Source: an uncultured archaeon
GTDB lineage: Archaea; Thermoproteota; Bathyarchaeia; Bathyarchaeales; Bathycorpusculaceae
DNA: 12,498 nucleotides
Direction: 5' to 3'
Assembly: GCA_963782915.1 (NCBI GenBank)
Contig: CAWALK010000016.1
Coordinates: forward strand, 1-12,498
Positions 7,371 through 12,498 of this stretch are shown here, piece after piece. The notes under the pieces were generated by a model. It had not been told where the DNA came from, made no database searches, and saw nothing but the letters and a program-made list of their open reading frames with translations. The translations under genes and the position numbers were made by a program. Within the stretch, counting starts at the first letter, position 1. Each line of letters starts with the position of its first letter.

Positions 7371-8105
7371 ATGTCAGCCAATACTGAGAAAAAATCTAAC
7401 ACTAACCAAACAAGTGCCACGGCAGAAGAAACCGCCAAAGAAATGGCACAAAAAACTTACGGAGACTTCCTAGGCGCATACAAGAGCTTCTCTGAAACCA
7501 CCTCACTTGTTGTACAGCAAGCCGCAAGCATTCTAGAATCAGAAATATCTGCAGGCGTAAAAATTGCACAACAATCCGAGAGCCGTTTCCCACAAGTTGA
7601 AAAGTTCCGCTCTGAGAAACCAGACGAAGTTATGCAAAGATTCCGACGTGACGCACACGAAGTAGTGGACATCTTCATCGATGTAGTCGGTGCAACATTA
7701 AAAGCAGCACCAAACATGAACGATATGAACTTCCTACGTGTCGGCAACGTCACAGTTAAACCAGTACAGGTCCCACAAGAACAACGCCCAGTAATCAAAT
7801 CACCAACACCTGTCAAAGCAGGCGGAATAGCTGAAATCCAAATATCATTTGAAAACAACCGCAACACCGAGACAGAAGAATTCAAACTCTACAGCACAGA
7901 CTTAATCAGCAACAACGGCGAACGATTACCCTCAGGTCTAGTAAAATTCGTTCCGCAAGCGATGAAGATTGCTGCAAACCAAACAATGCAAGTCACTGTA
8001 ATTGTCGCTGTTCCAGAAGAAACAAGCCCCGGCACCTACTCAGGTTTAGTGTTAGCATCAAATATGACTGATCTTCGCTCAGAAATCGTCATAAAAGTCG
8101 AGTGA
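7371..8105 (+). CDS. Hypothetical protein (helical N-terminal half, Ig-like C-terminal domain), probably co-transcribed with the polyprenyl synthase
   Basis: AGGTGA RBS before ATG 7371; C-terminal beta-sandwich pattern ending VAVPEETSPGTYSGLV; 25 nt gap to the next ATG. Confidence 0.82.
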   Translation: MSANTEKKSNTNQTSATAEETAKEMAQKTYGDFLGAYKSFSETTSLVVQQAASILESEISAGVKIAQQSESRFPQVEKFRSEKPDEVMQRFRRDAHEVVDIFIDVVGATLKAAPNMNDMNFLRVGNVTVKPVQVPQEQRPVIKSPTPVKAGGIAEIQISFENNRNTETEEFKLYSTDLISNNGERLPSGLVKFVPQAMKIAANQTMQVTVIVAVPEETSPGTYSGLVLASNMTDLRSEIVIKVE

Positions 8106-8130
8106 GTAAAACCGTAAAAATGTGCTCGCA

Positions 8131-9171
8131 ATGCAGGGAACTAAGTTAAAGCTTGTAGAGGAACAGTTAGAGTACTACAAGAAACTTACCCTGGAAACAT
8201 TGCAGCCTTATTTTCGTTCTAATAAAGAACCCCGCAAATACCTCTATGACCTTGTCCCCGTTTATCCTAATCGTGGCGGTAAAGGATTAAGACCCGCTTT
8301 ATGCATTGCGACTTGTCGGGCTTTCGGCGGAAGTACCCATAGTGCATTAAAGTCTGCGGCGGCGCTTGAGTTATTCCATAACACGTTTTTAATTCATGAT
8401 GACATTGAAGATGGCAGCGACTTCAGGCGTGGCTTGCCAACAATTCATTCAGTTATAGGCGTACCTTTAGCGATTAATCTGGCTGATGCCATGAGCGCAT
8501 TGAGCATGTATCCGTTGGTTGAGAACCGCGATACACTCGGCGGATTCATAGCACAGGATGTAATGGCTGAAATCTTGCATATGGTAACTGAAACAGCGGA
8601 AGGTCAAGCACTCGAGTTAGGCTGGATGAAAGATAACATCGTTGACCTCACCGATGCAGATTACTTCCGAATGACCCTCAAAAAAACCGCTTGGTACACA
8701 TGCATCCATCCAGTCCGCATCGGCGCCCTCATCGGCACAGGTGGTTCACTTGCGCTGGACCGATTCAACCAGTTTGCCTATTTTATGGGTGTAGCCTTCC
8801 AAATCCAAGATGACATACTCAACTTAGTGGCAGAGTATTCTAAGTATGGCAAAGAAATCGGCGGAGACATCTGGGAAGGCAAACGAACCATGATACTCAT
8901 ACACCTGCTTAACAATTGTGATCCACTTGAGAAATCGAAGATAACCACTTTTCTCTCCATACCGAGAGAAAAACGGGATATGGAAGAGGTCCGCTGGATT
9001 TACAGTTTAATGGAGAAGTATGATTGTATAGATTACGCTCGTGCAGCAGCGCGCCAACTAGCAAATGAGTCGCTAAAAGAGTTTGATGTAGCTTATGCCA
9101 CTGCAACAAGTAGCGCTGATAAGGAATTTGTTAGGGATATTGTTCATTATATGATTGAGAGGGATCTTTAG
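8131..9171 (+). CDS. Polyprenyl diphosphate synthase (trans-isoprenyl diphosphate synthase, GGPPS-like)
   Basis: GGKGLRP, first Asp-rich motif (FARM) LIHDDIED followed by RRG, EGQALE, KKTA, second Asp-rich motif FQIQDDILN, GK..GGDIWEGKRT. An alternative GTG start is at 8122. Confidence 0.95.
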   Translation: MQGTKLKLVEEQLEYYKKLTLETLQPYFRSNKEPRKYLYDLVPVYPNRGGKGLRPALCIATCRAFGGSTHSALKSAAALELFHNTFLIHDDIEDGSDFRRGLPTIHSVIGVPLAINLADAMSALSMYPLVENRDTLGGFIAQDVMAEILHMVTETAEGQALELGWMKDNIVDLTDADYFRMTLKKTAWYTCIHPVRIGALIGTGGSLALDRFNQFAYFMGVAFQIQDDILNLVAEYSKYGKEIGGDIWEGKRTMILIHLLNNCDPLEKSKITTFLSIPREKRDMEEVRWIYSLMEKYDCIDYARAAARQLANESLKEFDVAYATATSSADKEFVRDIVHYMIERDL

Positions 9172-9629
9172 GGCATCTTGAATTTGATTACTTTTTGGGT
9201 TTCCTTCTTTAATTGTTCATTGCGTTTTTGGATGTACTCTTCAAGGAGTTTTTTGAAGTTGTTGAATTCTTTCTTTTTACCGATTTTTTTTAGGCTAAAA
9301 ATGTGGGTTTCGTAGCCCTGGATGTCATCAATTGGTTTTAGGGGTGACTTTTCAAACCAGACCTTTTGAATGTCTACATCGATTAATGAAACTTTAACCG
9401 CTTCACCTAGTTGTTTGTTGTCTGGTTCTTGTCCTTCCAAAAACAGCAGCCTCTGGGTCGTGAGAACAAGGAGTCCTTCTTTGCGTTCTTTAGCTGTGAT
9501 TCTTTTGCGGTCTTTTTTGCTTTCTTCTAATGTAACGTCGAAGGTGCCGCCTATGATTTCTCGAATGCCCTGCCAGCTATCAACTACTTTTTCGTCTTTT
9601 TTGAGTGCAAGAGCATCGACCCATGTCAT
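9168..9629 (-). CDS. Hypothetical protein with PH-like (bacterial PH / GRAM / GLUE-like) domain
   Basis: LKKDEKVV...KEGLLVLTTQRLLFLE motif and a C-terminal amphipathic helix; overlaps the convergent synthase gene by 4 nt. Confidence 0.78.
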   Translation of the reverse strand: MTWVDALALKKDEKVVDSWQGIREIIGGTFDVTLEESKKDRKRITAKERKEGLLVLTTQRLLFLEGQEPDNKQLGEAVKVSLIDVDIQKVWFEKSPLKPIDDIQGYETHIFSLKKIGKKKEFNNFKKLLEEYIQKRNEQLKKETQKVIKFKMP

Positions 9630-9767
9630 AGTTAATCCTTCAACAGAACAGCGCCCTAAAAATATTTAAGACTTGTCTAAGGCTTCGCTATGTTGTATCA
9701 AAATAGATGCCGCTTGTTACCTAAACGCTTTTTTCTATTATCCACAAATGTTATAGCGGTGAAGTAT

Positions 9768-10538
9768 GTGCGCTTGGTTCCTCTTACGTCTGAGTTGGAA
9801 GCCCGTTTCTGGAGCATTGTCAAGGCGGATTACTGTGATTACTATTTTTTCATCTATGATTTGTTATTGCAGAAAGAGCGCACGCAGATTTCCCTATCGC
9901 TTGAGGGTGAAGCTGTGGTTGGGGTCATGCTGATTTACGATGGGCACATAGTGCAGTTACGCGGTGAACATGGGGCTGTAGAGTTTATGCTCAACAATTT
10001 GAAACAGGACTCGGTTGATGTTCAAGTGCCCGTGGACTGCGAAGATTTGCTATTGCAGAAGTACCCACACTTTAAGCTTTTAGCGCATGTGACTTTAATG
10101 AGTCTCAACAAGGGTGACGAGCAACTTGCCCTTAGGGTTACGCCTGAACGATTAAGCGCTAAAGATGCCCCGCAAATAGCGCAGTTAATGCATGAATGTT
10201 ACCCAAAAATGTGGAGCGAAATATCCGCCGAAGCTGTTGAGGCATTGTTTCTGGTTAAAGAAGCCGTGTGGTTCGGAATAAAACTTGATGGTTGGCTGGT
10301 GTCGTTTGGTTATGGGCTGCTAACACCCAAAGTTTGCCACGTCACCTGGATTGCTACAAATCCACAGTATGAGAAGCGGGGTTACGCAACTTCGATTGTA
10401 TCAGCGCTGGTGCACGAATGTTTAGCGGTTGCTGATGGAGCAGTAATTTATGTTATGGACGACAATGCCGTTGCCTGGAAAATATATTCGAAGGTTGGGT
10501 TCAAACCTTACAAATCCTATGTGTTTGTAAAAACTTAG
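9768..10538 (+). CDS. GNAT family N-acetyltransferase (C-terminal GNAT domain, FR47-like)
   Basis: IATNPQYEKRGYAT (motif A) and NAVAWKIYSKVGFK (motif B). The GTG start is inferred from GGTGA at 9758-9762. Confidence 0.9.
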   Translation: MRLVPLTSELEARFWSIVKADYCDYYFFIYDLLLQKERTQISLSLEGEAVVGVMLIYDGHIVQLRGEHGAVEFMLNNLKQDSVDVQVPVDCEDLLLQKYPHFKLLAHVTLMSLNKGDEQLALRVTPERLSAKDAPQIAQLMHECYPKMWSEISAEAVEALFLVKEAVWFGIKLDGWLVSFGYGLLTPKVCHVTWIATNPQYEKRGYATSIVSALVHECLAVADGAVIYVMDDNAVAWKIYSKVGFKPYKSYVFVKT

Positions 10539-10757
10539 CGCGTTGTTGCTCTCTGGGGCCTATCCCCCCTTATTTATAGGCTCAACACTTGTTGGGTTCA
10601 GGGTTTTGGTTGTGGGCGTTCATTTGTTAGTGGGTATGGGGAAGCTGCGTTTGTTAGGGTAACTGTTGGGTTTATAGGCGGCTGTTTTTGGGCTCTGTTG
10701 GTTTTGGGTGTTTGGGTTCTGTTGCTTTGCCAGCTACCCCCCTCCCCTATATATAGA
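10539..10757 (-). repeat. Bipartite intergenic repeat element, copy B (inverted relative to copy A)
   Basis: Minus strand box1 (10757-10720) TCTATATATAGGGGAGGGGGGTAGCTGGCAAAGCAACA; box2 (10582-10539) AGCCTATAAATAAGGGGGGATAGGCCCCAGAGAGCAACAACGCG. Confidence 0.85.
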
Positions 10758-10981
10758 ATAACAAATGCAGCCTAACCCCATCGAGGTAGCATGCAACCAT
10801 TGAATATGCGCTGTGGAGAAGCAACGCTTGTTGAGGTTGGCTTGCTCTAAATGTACGTTTGCAGTGGGTGTGTCTGCAACTCTGCAAAGCTCCCTGAAAG
10901 TTACGTGACCTCTCTGCAGCTACCGTTCGTCGCTAAGAAGCAAAAAGAATTCAACGTCTCAGTGCCTGTTCACAAAAAGGG

Positions 10982-11488
10982 TTAAACGATGTATTTTCCT
11001 GTTTTCTCAAAGTCCGGCACTATCTCCATGCCGCGTTTAGGCGCATTCATCGTTCCCAGCGGCAATCCCTTTAGCAGTACCCAAGGTGACTTGCGCGCCA
11101 ACTCTGTGGCAATGTGCTGTTCGCCGAAACTTTTCTTCGCCACCACAACTACATCACGTCTAACGCCTACCTCAGACATGTCGCCTAGCGCATGCAGGTA
11201 CTCATGCAACAGCAAATTGTAGACCAACGCGTTAACCGTGGGCTTATCGGTAAAAGACATTTCAACGACATCTACGAGTGCACGGTTAAGCACAATGTTG
11301 TTAGTGCCCACCGGATAATACGCGCCCAGTTGTAATGGTAAATCGTCGAGGAAAAGCATCATGCTATTGCGCCGTTTACCCAACGCGTACTCGGCAGTCT
11401 GCTGCACAATCGTCCAAACCTCCGCATAGTTTTTCGCGTTATCCAAACTAGAATTGAAGCCTTCAGTATTAGTGGGGTTGCTGCTCAA
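10982..11488 (-). CDS. Putative zinc metallopeptidase-fold (HEXXH, minimal zincin-like) protein
   Basis: LGAYYPVGTNNIVLN...LLLHEYLHALG; TTG start with GAGGT upstream. Confidence 0.82.
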   Translation of the reverse strand: MSSNPTNTEGFNSSLDNAKNYAEVWTIVQQTAEYALGKRRNSMMLFLDDLPLQLGAYYPVGTNNIVLNRALVDVVEMSFTDKPTVNALVYNLLLHEYLHALGDMSEVGVRRDVVVVAKKSFGEQHIATELARKSPWVLLKGLPLGTMNAPKRGMEIVPDFEKTGKYIV

Positions 11489-11620
11489 AACATACCTCGC
11501 CTCTATTGCATAAACAAGGTTTTTCTCATGCCTTTAAGGATTACACACATCAACACGCGAAATAAACGTAAAATTGATAAAGAGCAACGCATTCTCAGAT
11601 AGCGTTAAGGTGAATAAAAA

Positions 11621-12040
11621 ATGGCAAGTAATTGCACCGTAAAAGACATCATGCAAAAAGACGTTAAAACAGTAGAAAACAACACCGTTTTGAAAGACGT
11701 TATCGCACTAATGAGCAAATATGACAAAGACGCAATCTTAGTCATCCAGAGTGGCAAGCCAACAGGCATCATCACAGCAAGAGACTTAATCGTCCGCGCA
11801 ATGGAAGCTGAAGTACCAATCAAAACTATCATCGCTAGAATGGTCTACACTAACCCACTTGTCGTCATTGACCAATGTGCAACCCTCAAAGAAGCAGCTG
11901 AACTTATGAAACACTGGAACGTAAAACACATGCCAGCAGTTGACAAGAACGGCGCACTCGTCGGCATGGTTGATGCTACACAGATAGTCTTCGCAGACCC
12001 CAAACTCATGCCAACTCTAAGTTATATCTGCCGAAAATAA
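11621..12040 (+). CDS. CBS domain-pair protein
   Basis: TVKDIMQKDV...GIITARDL and MPAVDKNGALVGMV; AGGTGA RBS upstream. Confidence 0.92.
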   Translation: MASNCTVKDIMQKDVKTVENNTVLKDVIALMSKYDKDAILVIQSGKPTGIITARDLIVRAMEAEVPIKTIIARMVYTNPLVVIDQCATLKEAAELMKHWNVKHMPAVDKNGALVGMVDATQIVFADPKLMPTLSYICRK

Positions 12041-12128
12041 TTTCGGCTAACAACTTTATTTTTTAAATTTTAGTTACAAACTACTGTATAATATTTTATT
12101 AAAATTAAAAAGGAAAAATTTTAAGCAG

Positions 12129-12428
12129 TTATTGCTTCTGCTCTTCTGCCCAAGCTTCCTTGGCAGCTTTTGCTATGGCGTCAATGCTTGGCTGGAGATT
12201 CAATTCGTATAAAACACCTTTAACAAGCTCGTTGTTTACAATTAGCGCGATTTCGCCGGGTCTAAGTGGTTCGGGTCTTGTTGATTGAAAAACGCGGAGT
12301 GCACGTAGACAGAATTTGACGAGTACATTGTTAAGTTCTGCTTGAAGTTGACCTAATTCGTCTTTTGCTTCAACCATTTTTTTGCTGTAAGCAGTTGAAT
12401 CTCTTTTTCCAGTAGGTTCCATGCTCAT
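12129..12428 (-). CDS. Hypothetical helical protein
   Basis: ORF with a coiled-coil N-terminus and a RPEPLRPGEIA motif. The start is uncertain (12467, 12428 or 12422). Confidence 0.72.
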   Translation of the reverse strand: MSMEPTGKRDSTAYSKKMVEAKDELGQLQAELNNVLVKFCLRALRVFQSTRPEPLRPGEIALIVNNELVKGVLYELNLQPSIDAIAKAAKEAWAEEQKQ

Positions 12429-12498
12429 TTTACATCTTTCCTTTAGGGAGTCATGTAAACGGCTCATTATATAATTTCCTAAAAAACGCTAAAAAGAA

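Noticed and set aside
353-11832. Shadow ORFs (353-595, 1356-1754, 1893-2141, 3488-3715, 3802-4008, 3990-4238, 5305-5592, 5702-5995, 6165-6362, 7402-7593, 7457-7885, 8778-8960, 8909-9109, 9370-9669, 10989-11222, 11605-11832)
   Set aside because: They overlap better-supported genes in other frames or on the opposite strand and show no motifs.

Overview
Archaeal chromosomal window, probably Bathyarchaeia-like. This is inferred from TATA-box promoters, GGTGA/GGAGG ribosome-binding sites (RBS), T-tract terminators, a PEF-CTERM sorting signal and the style of the hypothetical proteins. It carries a hicB-hicA toxin-antitoxin pair and four membrane-anchored surface proteins. One of these is a molybdopterin-oxidoreductase-fold protein that the ORF track truncates because its only plausible start is ACG. 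Other genes encode a frameshifted SAM methyltransferase, a polyprenyl synthase with an upstream partner, two PH-like proteins, a GNAT acetyltransferase, an HEXXH protein and a CBS protein. Two non-coding features stand out: (i) a ~150-nt rod-like structured RNA candidate at 4662-4813 with its own TATA box and an anti-SD-like apical loop; (ii) a bipartite ~215-bp element (CTATAWATA + G-tract + RAGCAACA, twice, ~171-177 bp apart) present at 856-1069 (+) and 10539-10757 (-), each copy pointing at the 3' end of a convergent gene.
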